Source of the DNA: Flaccisagitta enflata
Taxonomy: Eukaryota
Assembly (NCBI GenBank): GCA_965153355.1
Contig: OZ231126.1
Span: 26,474,001 to 26,538,000 of the forward strand
Direction of reading: 5' to 3'
DNA length: 64,000 nt
Position numbers and translations under genes: made by a program. This document shows positions 43,547 through 62,948 of the stretch, piece by piece (within the stretch, counting starts at the first letter, position 1; every line of letters starts with the position of its first letter). Under the pieces are notes generated by a model that saw only the letters and a list, made by a program, of their open reading frames with translations, did no database searches and was not told the origin of the DNA.

Positions 43547-45838
43547 TCAAAACATCATAACAACTCTCATTCCGAATCTCAATCTTCGATTGGGCATGCC
43601 CATTAGTAAGTCCAGATTCACGCAATGATAAAACCATGCAAAGCCAAGTAAACAAGCGAACCATAACGCCTTGAACCACATCCGCCATGGATAGGACAAA
43701 GTACCGGCAATACGAAATCTAGTACGAGGGGCGAGAATGTGCTCATCAACGGGAAAAAAGCAGAACATGGAAATAAAGTAGATTCTAACGAGCCAGAATA
43801 GTTGTGGCGGTACTTTTTTGAATAACCAAGCGTTGAAATTATACCAAACGGCGTTAAAAAATCGATCGATGAAGTAGAAAACATGTTCCTCAAACTCCGT
43901 CACTTTCTTTGGTCTCCAAAGTGGTTGGATCTGGAAGCCTTGGGAGAGGTTGGCTCTAATAAAGGCCTTAGCTGTAGCAGTATCTATGATTCCATCATGA
44001 AGTGAACTGGGGGCAATTTCCGCTGGCTTAGTAGCGACTGTGGCTTCCTCCCTCAGGGGAGGTAAGACCTCCGCATGGTCATGAAAGGTGACGTTGCTGA
44101 AACTATCGCTGTCAATGTGTAAACATAGTGAGGACTTTTCATTCTTTGATGTCTGGTACAAGTAATGGCGATGTCCCTGATGGTCGTGAGCGGTGACAGT
44201 CTGGTCAGTTACCAACAGCAGCCCGCGAGATGTCAGCGTTTTGTGTCTCTTTGAATAAGCGAGGTTGAAGTCCGGCCAAAAGCTGGTTTGACAACTGTCG
44301 TCGATGATTACGTCAAAGAGTGAAGACGGTTTGGCGTCGAGGGTCAGCAGCAAGGTTTTGGAGCAATCCATTCCAATTCTGGACATGTATCGAAGAGGAG
44401 CGTTCATGATTGCTTCAGTGTCGCAAAACATGTTCCCGCTGGATTGACTGTTACTAAAAAACCGCCTTCGGCAAAACCTGCGTTTCATCTCATGCAATTG
44501 ATTTCCGGAGCTTGCCAATTTGGCGATCGTGTTGGGCGAAAACGAATCCGTTGTCAACGAAAATGCTGCAGTATTCTGACGACCGAATTGAAGAAACAGG
44601 TGCTTGGTTGCTTCGATGGGACTCCATTCGTCCAATGAATAGTCATCCTGCATAAAATATCTCGGCGCAGTCACGACCTCAATTTCGACGCCGACTGGAG
44701 CCTTTTTCAAGTTGGGCAATGTGAAGAGGAGTTTCAAAGTCAACGAGTCAACATCGACGCCGACGATGAAGAGGTTCAAATCATTCTCCAAGTTGCCAAA
44801 ATGAAGTGGATCCGCGTAAAGAGAATCGGGATATTTCCGTTGAAAATCCGTCAAATGACGAAGTTGCCGAGGCAGAAAAAATGGGAATCGACTTCCGGGA
44901 TATTCTTCCGCTTTTTTCACTTTTCCTTCATTCAAGCTCATGGGTTCAACTCCTGCAGTGGCAGATTCCGTCACAGTTCTGAGGAGAAGATCGTACATTC
45001 GACTGTAAAGATTGCTGATTCCCCTGACGACACCCATCCTCCAATTTACATTTTCCCAAATATCTTCCAAGGTCTCAAAATGCTCGTGAATCTCCTGGGA
45101 CGGTAGTTGAGTGACAGGGGATGGTGGATCTTTGAAAAACCAGTCGACGATATCTTCTAGTTTTTGTTCATCGGCGATTTTGGGATGGTCGGGAAGAGTC
45201 AAAAAACCTCCCGCGGGTTTGACGGGATCATTGGCGCTTCTTGCTTCGTAATGCGGAGTCACGAGACGCAAAAAGTCGTTGATGGCGAATGGACTGACGT
45301 GAATGCCTTTGACGTCGCCGTTGGCGTCAAACTTGACGGGGTCAAAATGACAGACGCTGTGGCGTGGGAAGTCCTTGATAACGACAGTTTCTTTTTTCGA
45401 AGTCGTTTCATCATTGATTAACACATTTTGGGTGTCGTGAGTGTAGGTATTGCGCAGTTTATCATCATTTCCGCATTTATTGTCTTTCTCCACGTTTTTC
45501 CTTCCGGTATCAATCCCTTCGGCGAGATTGGACATAAAGTCTCGAAGTTGGTGGTAAAGTTCACCCATGACACTGGCATGGATGTCTCCGCGCCGGAATT
45601 TCAGTTTAGCCGCTTTCTCCGACAGCCAATCAGGCATCAGCTTTACCGTCGTCGGGAAGAGCAGGTAGCCGTCCTGCTCGTGGACTACCTCCTTGACCAT
45701 GATGGCGCTGCAAGTCGAAGGATGCAGAAACGTTTCCGGTTTGAAAGCGTCGCCACCGGCGAGGAGAGAAGGTGCGGCTACGATGAGGAGGAGGAAGAGG
45801 AGAGGCGCTCTCATGAACAAAGAGAGGTGAGGCAACAT
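43547..45838 (-). CDS. Paralogue 4: intact 763-aa secreted/membrane glycoprotein, putative class I viral fusion (F/Env)-like
   Basis: Uninterrupted ORF; ATG at 45838 directly follows the acceptor-like ttcatttcccaag. Signal peptide (PLLFLLLIVAAPSLLAG), conserved Cys, N-glycosylation sequons (NVT, NLS), and two C-terminal hydrophobic segments. Three paralogues in the window. Confidence refers to coding status; the F-like call is weaker. Confidence 0.92.
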   Translation of the reverse strand: MLPHLSLFMRAPLLFLLLIVAAPSLLAGGDAFKPETFLHPSTCSAIMVKEVVHEQDGYLLFPTTVKLMPDWLSEKAAKLKFRRGDIHASVMGELYHQLRDFMSNLAEGIDTGRKNVEKDNKCGNDDKLRNTYTHDTQNVLINDETTSKKETVVIKDFPRHSVCHFDPVKFDANGDVKGIHVSPFAINDFLRLVTPHYEARSANDPVKPAGGFLTLPDHPKIADEQKLEDIVDWFFKDPPSPVTQLPSQEIHEHFETLEDIWENVNWRMGVVRGISNLYSRMYDLLLRTVTESATAGVEPMSLNEGKVKKAEEYPGSRFPFFLPRQLRHLTDFQRKYPDSLYADPLHFGNLENDLNLFIVGVDVDSLTLKLLFTLPNLKKAPVGVEIEVVTAPRYFMQDDYSLDEWSPIEATKHLFLQFGRQNTAAFSLTTDSFSPNTIAKLASSGNQLHEMKRRFCRRRFFSNSQSSGNMFCDTEAIMNAPLRYMSRIGMDCSKTLLLTLDAKPSSLFDVIIDDSCQTSFWPDFNLAYSKRHKTLTSRGLLLVTDQTVTAHDHQGHRHYLYQTSKNEKSSLCLHIDSDSFSNVTFHDHAEVLPPLREEATVATKPAEIAPSSLHDGIIDTATAKAFIRANLSQGFQIQPLWRPKKVTEFEEHVFYFIDRFFNAVWYNFNAWLFKKVPPQLFWLVRIYFISMFCFFPVDEHILAPRTRFRIAGTLSYPWRMWFKALWFACLLGFAWFYHCVNLDLLMGMPNRRLRFGMRVVMMF

Positions 45839-45905
45839 CTTGGGAAATGAACGAAGTGAGGAGGTGTGAAAATGACAACTTCTTTGAGAGGAACGATTTA
45901 ACCTT

Positions 45906-46158
45906 AAACAAGCCCAACAGGCCAACAGTCGCGTGCTAAGTTACACAAAACTACACAACGTCATACTACACACAACTACATAACTTCATACTACATACTT
46001 ACTACATACTTACATACTACATACTTACATACTTACATACTTACATACTTACATACTTACATACTTACCCAATTACATACTTACATATTTACATACTTGC
46101 ATACATACATACTTACATATTCACTACATACTTACATACATACTACATACTTACATAC

Positions 46159-46189
<31 letters not shown>

Positions 46190-46210
46190 CATACATACAT
46201 ACATACTTAC

Positions 46211-46241
<31 letters not shown>

Positions 46242-48142
46242 CATACTTACCTACATACTTACATACTTACATATTTACATACATACTTACTTACATACTT
46301 ACATACTTACATACCTACATACTTACATACTTACATACTTACATACTTACCTACATACTCTCATACTTACATACTTACTTACATACTTACATACATACTT
46401 ACTTACATACTTACATACTTACATACTTACCTACATACTCACATACTTACATACTTACGTACTTACATACGTACATATTTACATACTTACATACTTACCT
46501 ACATACTCACATACTTACATACCTACATACATACTTACATACATACTTACTTACATACTTACATACTTACATACTTACTTACATACTTACATACTTACCT
46601 ACATACTCACATACTTACATACTTACGTACTTACATACTTACATACTTACATACTTACATACTTACATACTTACATACTTACATACTTACCTACATACTC
46701 ACATACTTACATACTTAAGTACTTACATACATACTTACTTACATACTTACTTACATACTTACTTACATACTTACATACTTACATACTTACATACTTACTT
46801 ACATACTTACATACTTACCTACATACTCACATACTCACATACTCACATACTTACAAACTTACGTACTTACATACATACATACTTACATACTTATATACTT
46901 ACATACTTACCTACATACTCACATACTTACATACTTACGTACTTACATACTTACATATTTACATACTTACATACTTACATACTTACCTACATACTCACAT
47001 ACTTACATACTTACATACATACTTACTTACATACTTACATACTTACATACTTACATACTTACATACTTACATACTTACCTACATACTCACATACTTACAT
47101 ACTTACATACTTACATACTTACGTACTTACATACTTACTTACATACTTACATACTTACATACTTACATACATACTTACCTATATACTCACATACTTACAT
47201 ACTTACGTACTTACATACTTGCATACATACTTACATACTTACATACTTACATACTTACATACATACCTACATACTTACATACTATCTCTGAAAGTTACAT
47301 ACTACAACCTCATACTACATAACTTCATACTACAACTTCATACTTCATAACGTCTGTCCCAAAAAAAGTTACATTCTGAACCAATAACGAGTGTCCAATA
47401 AAAAGTTGACAAATTACCCAAAATTCTCAAAAATACCCAATGATACCCAAAAATACCCAAAACTACCCAAATACACCCAAAAATACCCAAAAACACCTAA
47501 AAATACCCATTTATACTCAGCAATACTCAAAAATACCCAAAAGTACCCAAAAATATATGAAAGTACCCTAAAATACCCTGAAGTACCCTAAAGTACCCAG
47601 AAATACCCTAGAGTACCTTAAAATACCTTAAAAAACCTTAAAAACCTTAAAAAAATGTTCCACAATGTTCCACAATGTTTTTAAAATATGAATACATCAA
47701 TATATTCTAAAAATACCCAAAAATACCTGAAAATACCTACAAATACCTGCAAATACCCCAAAAAAATCATCCATTATACTTAAAAATATCCAAAAATACT
47801 CAAAAACACCCAAAAACACCCAAAAATACCTAGAAACACCCAAAAACACCAAAAATTACAAAAAAAATACCCAAAAAAAACCAAAAATACCTGAAAATAC
47901 CCAAAAGTATCTGAAAGTACCCTAAAATACCTCAAGTACCTGAAATATTTTAAGTACCCAAAAGTACCCTGAAGTACCCTAAAGTACCCTGAAATACCCT
48001 AGAGTACCTTAAAGTACCTTAAAAAACCTTAAAAAGTCATAATTTTAACAATGTGACGGACCGACGGACGGACGGACGGACGGACAGACCGACCTACCGA
48101 CCGACACGGCAAGGTGTAGAGTCGCGTGCACGCGACTAAAAA
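45906..48142 (+). mobile_element. Helentron/DINE-like repeat inflated by (ACATACTT)n (~46000-47290) and (AAAATACCCA)n (~47410-48030)
   Basis: Starts AAACAAGCCCAACA..AGTCGCGTGC and ends (GACG)n..TAGAGTCGCGTGCACGCGACTAAAAA; same termini as 29451-30005, reversed. Confidence 0.65.
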
Positions 48143-48201
48143 CATGGGAGAGAATGAATGAATGAATGGCTTGGTGAATACTTTTATGACGCGGTTGCTG
48201 A

Positions 48202-48260
<59 letters not shown>

Positions 48261-48753
48261 ATGAATAAATGAATGAATGAAGCGACAGTCAGCAAGATAA
48301 GACATCATCATACCATCTTCTTGTACATAAAATAATCACACGGGCGAAAAAAAACCATTAAAATCACCTTTTCATTAGCGTTGAAACTTGAATTCGAAGG
48401 GTTGGAAGTTTCTTTGACTATGTTTAAGATCAATTCAACGCTTTGATTTGTTATCTTCTTTGAAATGCATCATTCTTCTTTGAAACCTTTTTTTTTTATT
48501 TCTGCGTACGCGCACGCGTACTGCGATTGTGTTCTAAGAGAGAGGGGGTGCCGAATTAAAACGAATCGCGTACGAACGATGAAATAAGTAACAAGATCAA
48601 ATGGGAAAATTGAAATAGTATTGGGTAGAACCAACAGCAAGTCAAAATGTTTTTTTTTCCGAGAGAAGAGAACCAATCGATTTATACTCTTAGATTTTGT
48701 TCGCAAGTACGAAGCGAAAGGACAAAAAAATACAATTGAGGAGAGATGATGAT

Positions 48754-48795
<42 letters not shown>

Positions 48796-49018
48796 AACAG
48801 ACGGAGAGAAAGAAGGACAGATTTACAAACAGACTGACTTAAATGATCCTCGGCTAATCAGTATCACCCAAATAATGCACACATGCATGTATGTAGAATA
48901 CACCCTCTCCTCGATTAGGTAGGGCAATTCAAGTATCAAATGTGCTTAAGACCAAAGAGGAGAGAGTGAAACAGACGGACATACACTGAGACAAACATGC
49001 AGACAGATGGACCTAAAG

Positions 49019-49056
<38 letters not shown>

Positions 49057-49074
49057 ATAACGGCTGACTTTCGA

Positions 49075-49111
<37 letters not shown>

Positions 49112-49286
49112 TATACACTGAGAGACATTGTAATCAGATACGTGAGGCGTAACGAAAGTCAAGGTAATAAAAGTCGAAGAATGGGAGGTCTATTGATGAG
49201 TTATTGGCTCGTCCAATGCCGAATGACCGATTTATTCATTCACTCATTTTCAGGTCATTTTAACTAATCCACGATTGAACATCCCA

Positions 49287-49392
49287 CACCCTCGGTCCTA
49301 GACACACCATCATACCCTTTTTCATCTCAGACTCTCGCACGCCCTCGGTCCTAGACGAACCATCATACCCCTTTTCGTCTCAGACTCTCCCA
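49287..49392. repeat. 53-bp tandem duplication
   Basis: CCCTCGGTCCTAGAC at 49289 and 49342. Confidence 0.8.
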
Positions 49393-50449
49393 TCGGTCAT
49401 CAGTCGGGTAATTCAGCCTTGGTCATCGCATTGGTCATCACTGATCAGTCTCGGGGTGAGTTACACTCTGTGTGATTGAGTCTCTGCGATCGTTTATTTA
49501 AGCGTAAACTTCCGGGGCAAAGTCAGATGTTCCTCTTTTAATTCAGCCTGAAGGGGAATGGACCTTGTTAAAATCCATGATCGTCCTATTGTATGCGTCT
49601 TTTTTGCTTGTACAGTAAACGCCATTAAACGATCTAATATCCACGAGCCTAAAACCATTCGAAAAAAAAGTAACTGTCTCCAGTTTTTTGCACACTAGTT
49701 CTAAAAAAAGTGTATCAGCTTCATTTTACCCTATTGCAAGCCAAAAAAATTCGAAGGACTTTTTTGGCAAAAAATAGTAGTTTTTTGTTAGAACTATCAT
49801 ATAGATATAACTCTAAAGAAAAAATATGCCATGTTAATAATAAACAATTATCCGCTGAATATTTGTTAGAAATTTCATGAAATTTGGTACACGTTTAGAC
49901 ACCTAAAATGCATTCTAAAACTTCGAAATTTAAGGAAATAAACCTTTATTAGAGGAAAATGATTAAAAGAACTTATGGGATTTTAGATTTAGTTAAACTG
50001 TACCTCCCCACAAATTTGCATGCTTCAATGATACATATTGGAGGAAATATATCAAAAAAATCAAATTACTGCAATATACAAATAAACTTTTGGCTTTTTT
50101 TTTTTTTTTTTTTTTTTTTAAAGTGTGCCAAAAATTGCAGATGGTTATTTCTTTTTTTTTTTCAAAACTCCTATAATTGGGTTTTTGGTCTCGTGGATAC
50201 TTGACCGTAAATTAAAAAATATCAGCCCAAATCTTTTTGTTAATGGGGCTTACTTCCCAGTCTTGGAAAGTATCAATTGAGCAATTTGGTTAAAAAAAAC
50301 GGTAAAAACTCACGTTCGAGAAACAATTGGCGCGGCGTCATAACATCGTTGCAGACGGGTGGGCAGGGGAATCCGACCCCCAGCCTTACCCTATCCCCCT
50401 CCTTTCCCCAACAACTGCAACATCAGAAATGCGCGCGCGCGCACACACA

Positions 50450-50520
<71 letters not shown>

Positions 50521-50621
50521 CGGCGTATCTGAGCCAAGATTTTAGCAGCTGCCGCCTCCAATCTATGTCCGACAAAGCTCCTGTCCGACCTATATTACTA
50601 AAAATTATTACTATATATAAC

Positions 50622-51086
50622 CAGCGGCGTATCTGAGCCAAGATTTTAGCAGCTGCCGCCTCCAATCTATGTCCGACAAAGCTCCTGTCCGACCTATATT
50701 ACTAAAAATTATTACTATATATAACTATATATTTCTATTAAAAAATATACATAAATATCTACTACTATATAAGTATAACAATATATGACCATACATAACT
50801 TGTTACAGCAGTGTTTATTGTGTAACTACATATTACAACATTTGTCTAAATAAGTTCATAGAATTCTCATCACATTTGGAGCAATGACTGCTTTTACTTT
50901 TAAAGCGTCATTTGGGGGTAAGCTGAAATCGTTTTCCGTTAGACATTCTAGCAGAAATGGTAAAATGATACAGAGGGATTCCATCAGTGCAAAAAGCGCA
51001 GACTATGGCATAGCATGAATAATCAAATGACCTATGGAGCCTATTGTTACATACTAACGAAGTTTTGATTTCTAAACACTGCTCTG

Positions 51087-51171
<85 letters not shown>

Positions 51172-51312
51172 CTCCTCTTTCTTCTTCTTCTTCTTCTTCT
51201 TCTTCTTCTTCTTCTTCTTCTTCTTTCCTTTGTCTGCCTGTCCAACATCGATCCTGTCCGACATAGTACAGCTGCCGCGGCAGCTGCGGAAGCCCCTTCA
51301 AATACGCCGCTG
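50622..51312. mobile_element. hAT-like MITE (inner copy) with perfect 8-bp TSD TATATAAC
   Basis: TATATAAC|CAGCGGCGTAT ... ATACGCCGCTG|TATATAAC; sequence near-identical to the outer copy. Confidence 0.88.
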
Positions 51313-51603
51313 TATATAACTATATATTTCTATTTAAAAATATACATAAATATCTACAACTATATAAGTATAACAATATATGACCATACATAACTTGTTA
51401 CAGCAGTGTTTATTGTGTAACTACATATTACAACATTTGTCTAAATAAGTTCATAGAATTCTCATCACATTTGGAGCAATGACTGCTTTTACTTTTAAAG
51501 CGTCATTTGGGGGTAAGCTGAAATCGTTTTCCGTTAGACATTCTACCAGAAATGGTAAAATGATACAGAGGGATTCCATCAGTGCAAAAAGCGCAGACTA
51601 TGG

Positions 51604-58090
<6,487 letters not shown>

Positions 58091-59602
58091 CCCAATCGAA
58101 AGTGGGCAGGGGAGCGAAAGAGAGAGAGAGACTAAGAGAGAGAGAGAGACTAAGAGAGAGAGAGAGACTAAGTACACGTCATGTTTAGCAAAACTGTTGA
58201 TGAATATTTTCCGAAAATAAGTCTTTCATCCTTCCTCTGCAATCTCACGTTTTTTAGGCGCGGACAAGCGGGTCCAACACCCCTGACATTGTTAGGCGAA
58301 CTGAGAAAATGATCACAATTGAGACTAAAAATGTATTGAGAAGGCTGAAATTTGAAACAATGATAGCTCAGATATAGTATTTTCACAAACCAAGACCAAT
58401 TAGAGTATCTGCTCAACGGTGTGGCCCTGGGAACGTGATATGCCAAAAATCTGGTACACAATTTTGACTGATTTTGACACGGACAATTTTCAAAGAGGAG
58501 ACCATGAACTGTTCTATTTTTTTTTTCAATAAAGGATGTTACATAACCTCCATGCCTCCATGGCATAAAAAACACAGTCAGTAACTGCCCTACAAAGTGA
58601 AAGACCCCTTTGAGAAAAATGATTGTTTCTCCAGTAAATTTGTAACTCTTGTCCAAAACACATCATCCTGATATCAATAGAAAGAAGGCATCAGAAGCTT
58701 TTAATTGACACGAATTGGATTTTTTTTTATCAAACCTGACAGAAAGAACATATTTCCGTGTTGTCCTGAAATTTTGACCCATGGTGAGCACAATCTGAGG
58801 AAATTTTAGACAAACTCTGATCCCAGTTCGCCTAATTTTGTCATGGGTGTTACATTGCCGTGTGTCTTTTAGTCAGACTACAAGACACAGGGCACCGCTT
58901 TTAACTCGAACAATATCTACGGACGTACCAACAGATTAACTGACCAACGGATGGACTGACAGATGGACAGTGTCTCTTCTCCTATGAACCTCAAAACAGT
59001 TTGGTAAGTAGCCCTATAGATCGCTTACCTATGGCGTCAGCGTCATCATTTTCATCTGTGTGCGTGTCGTCCAAATGAAAATGTACTGTTATGTGTAACC
59101 AATTGCTTGCAGAGTATCTGACCTTACAGTCTTGTCCCTTGCTGGTGAAAATATCTAATATTCACTGATGTACAAGTCAAAAACAAGATAAGACGTGAGA
59201 TATGGTTGAACAAAAAAGAGATAAACTTCGTCACTTGTTAGAAAATTTGCAAGTTTGGACTCGTGTTTTTCAAAAAATGATGACCAAGCACAAAGTGTAA
59301 ATAAGAACTTGAGTGAATTCGTTGATATCGGAAAAGATCGAATCTTTCGTCGCTTGCACCAGGTCGATGCCCTTTAGCTATGATTCGATCAGTTCGCATT
59401 ACGTTCATTTTTTTCATCGCCCCTGCCGAACTGTATTTCCTTGATTATTTACAATCACTGCCCCTGGCCTGGACGGACGAACGAACAGACCAACCGACAG
59501 AACGACTGACATAGTGGGTAATAGAGTCGCTTGCTCGCTTGAAATATGAAATCGTTGTTATCGGGTGATCGATTCTTCACAGACGCTTGCCCAGGATCCT
59601 TA

Positions 59603-62600
59603 CAGTACCGGAATCAAAGAACTGGTGATAAGGAGGGAAGCCATTTCTCTCCAATTACAAAGATATGGGATCTAAAATTTTTCTGTAGTGTGCACCTATA
59701 GTACCCTCACCTCCCATAGAGGTTTGGAGCTGTTCCGGGCAATTTTTGTTTTTGGTTGTCAAAAAAATTTTTTCTTAAAATTGCTATTGTAGGCCAAAAA
59801 ATTTATTTCAAAATTTGTCTTTTATATTACCTATAGGTAATTCCCAGGGCTACAAATTTCATTTTTTGAAAAATATTTTCGGCTAATTTTTAAGGGAATG
59901 ACACTAAAAAAACAAAAAATTCAAAAAAACAAAAAATAGCTATATTTTCCTAAACAATTGGCTTAACATGATAATTTTTGGCATGATAGTAGTCCTGAGA
60001 ACCTTTAATGTGTATGCAAAATTTCAACAGTCATAGTTGAATTTTGAAGGAGTTATGGGATTTTGAAATTTTGATGATTTTTAGTAAAAAACATTTTTTC
60101 CTGTAAAATTTTTTTTAGTCAACCATTTTTCTTAAAATTTCATATACAAACATAGTAACTGATAAATTTTTGCTTCCAAAAAAAATTTGGCCACTGCGAC
60201 CCCTTAAAAAAAATTTTTTTTCTCAAAAATCATCAAGATTGGCTATTTTTCAGGGTTAGATAAAAACAGTTCCTGTGATCCGATTCACTTCATTTTTGGA
60301 GGGATTACTAACCTGTATTCCAAATTTCAAGTTAATCGGACAATTTGTTCCGGAGCTATTAAAGATCAAAGTTGAAAGGGCGAGCCAAAATTACTGTATT
60401 GATGGAATCTTGGAATAGTCAGGGTGCTTAATGGCAGAAATTAAGATGTAGGTCCAAAAATGTCAAAAAGCTCTGGACCTTCATTGTTCTGACCTTTTTA
60501 GCGTGCTGAACACAAATCTGACCTCCATTTTGGGATATTTTTTGGGCCCTCCTTTCAAAGATCTTTTTTTTTTTTTTTTTTGCAGTTTTTGGGCTAAAAA
60601 TGCATTTTTTGGCTGTTTGCGCAATTCGGAGTACACTGTTGTCACTTGGTTGCATTTTTCAGTCAAATATAACTAGAACTGAAGTGAATACACAGTTTAT
60701 GAGAATCAGTCGGCCTTATGGGAACTGTTAATGGCTAAAAACAGGCCAAAAATGGTCAAAAACAGCATTTTTTCCATAAATATCAATGTTGTTTCAAATT
60801 TTCTTGCCATTCACTCTCAACTAAGTCAGAACTAGGACAAATATACTCAGAGAGCTTTGTACACCGATACGGGGTTCATAACAGGCCAGAAACAGGCCAA
60901 AAATAGCCTAATATGGCCAAAATTGGCATTTCTATCTATTAGATCATTGTTTTTCAGAACTTTTTTGCTAATCTCACTTAATCCAGTCAGAAATAGATTG
61001 AATATACTCATTGAGAGCTTTGGACACTGATACAGGGGTCATGACAGGCCAAGAACAGGCCAAAAATGGCCTTAAATGGCCAAAATTGGCATTTTCATCA
61101 AACAGATCATTGTTATTCAGAATTTTTTTGCTAATCTCATTCAATCCGGTCAGAACTAGGTCAAATATACTCATTGAGAGCTTTGGACACTGATATGGAG
61201 GTCATAGCAGGCCAAAAATAGCCTAAAGTGGTCAAGATCTGCATTTTCATCATACAGATCATTGATATTCAGAATTTTGATATGAGCCTTAATATACCTT
61301 ATATACCTTAATATGAGTTCTTTATATTTGTCAACTAGAAGTGACAGAAGCATACAATAAACATTCGTCAAATCAGTACAAACTTTTCTATAGGGAATTT
61401 CCAGCCTCAAGGCTCAAATCCCAGTCTCACAAACTCAATTGGGCAAAAGTCCTCCTGATTTCTACAAGATATTGTCCCCTTTAGGGCTGCTGCCCTGCAA
61501 ACCATCACTTACAATCACCAACATAAAAACCACGGCAACGGGTATCGCTGACATCCACAAAACACACAATATACATCTATAACTGGATGAACAAGAAAAG
61601 ATTATTTGCTTTACTAGTAACACAGATACACGGGCCAAGCTGGTGGGCCTGGCATTACTAATTCTTAGGCCTATCCCAGGCTCTATCAGACCTTTCCTGT
61701 GCCCTCTCAGTTTAACCGTAGATGAACATGATAATGAATGAAATGACGAGAAACCTGAATTCATAGAACTATCCCAAGCTCTATCAGACATATCCCAAGC
61801 TCTATCAGACCTCTATCAGACCTATCCCAAGCTCTATCAGACCTTTCCCAAGCTTTATCAACCAACCCAGATGAATATTATAATGAATGAAAGGGCGAGA
61901 AGCATGAATCTCTAGACTTATCCCGAGCTCTATCAGACCTATCCTGAGCTCTATCTGACCATTCCCAAGTTCTATCAACCTAACTGTAGATGAATATTAT
62001 AATGAATGAAACGTTGAGAACCATGAATCTCTAGACCTATCCCGAGCTCTATCAGACATATCCCAAGCTCTATCGGACATATCCCGAGCACTATCAAACC
62101 TATCCTGAGCTCTATCAAACCTATCCCAAGCTCTATCAAACCTAATTGTAGATAATTATGATAATTGAAATGAGGAGTAACATGAATGATGAACACAAAT
62201 GATTTCAAACATTTTTGGCAATTTTTCACTCCAGCATGACCAACCGCCGACCAACCAACCTACCAACCGACCAACCAATCTACCAACGGACAGAAGCTCT
62301 TACAGAAGTGCCATGGAGCACCCAATAACAACCTGAAATTAGGGCATTTGTGTCCTTTTTTGACATTTTGGCCCATTTTGTCCCATTTTGTTACTATGTT
62401 TGTATATGAAATTTCAAGAAAAATGGTTGACAAAAAAAAGTTTTATAGGAAAAATTGTTTTTTACCAAAAATCATCAAAATTTCAAAATCCCATAACTCC
62501 TTCAAAATTCAACTATGACTGTTGAAATTTTGCATACACATTAAAAGTTCTCAGGACTACTATCATGCCAAAAATTATCATGTTAAGCCAATTATTTAGG

Positions 62601-62948
62601 AAAATATAGCTATTTTTCATTTTTTTTGAATTTTTTGTTTTTTTAGTGTCATTCCCTTAAAAATTGGCCAAAAATATTTTTCAAAAGATGAAATTTGTAG
62701 CCCTGGAAATTACCTATAGGTAACATAAAAGACAAATTTTGAAATAAGTTTTTTGGCCTACTATAGCAATTTTAAGAGAAAAATTTTTTTTGACAACCAA
62801 AAACAAAAATTGCCCGGAACAGCTCCAAACCCTTATGGGGGTGGGGGTACTATAGGTGCACACCACAGAAAAATTTCAGATCCCATATCTTTGTAATTGG
62901 AGAGATATGGCTTCCCTCCTTATCACCAGTTCTTTGATTCCGGTACTG
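59603..62948. mobile_element. 3.35-kb non-autonomous Tc1/mariner-type element with ~555-bp TIRs and TA TSD
   Basis: TA|CAGTACCGGAATCAAAGAACTGGTGATAAGG ... CCTTATCACCAGTTCTTTGATTCCGGTACTG|TA. Inverted identity extends to ~60159/~62390. The interior holds ~120-bp and 20-bp tandem repeats and no transposase ORF. Confidence 0.92.

Noticed and set aside
45839-45925. N-terminal extensions of the 792-aa ORF (and the 680-aa ORF, 22972-23046)
   Set aside because: They use non-ATG starts, run through the polypyrimidine/AG acceptor and are not conserved as protein.
46097-47350. 417-aa HTYILTYL ORF
   Set aside because: Translation of an 8-bp satellite lacking stops in that frame.
58168-58656. 162-aa ORF as a transposase fragment
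   Set aside because: Non-ATG start and no DDE or HTH motif that I can recognise.
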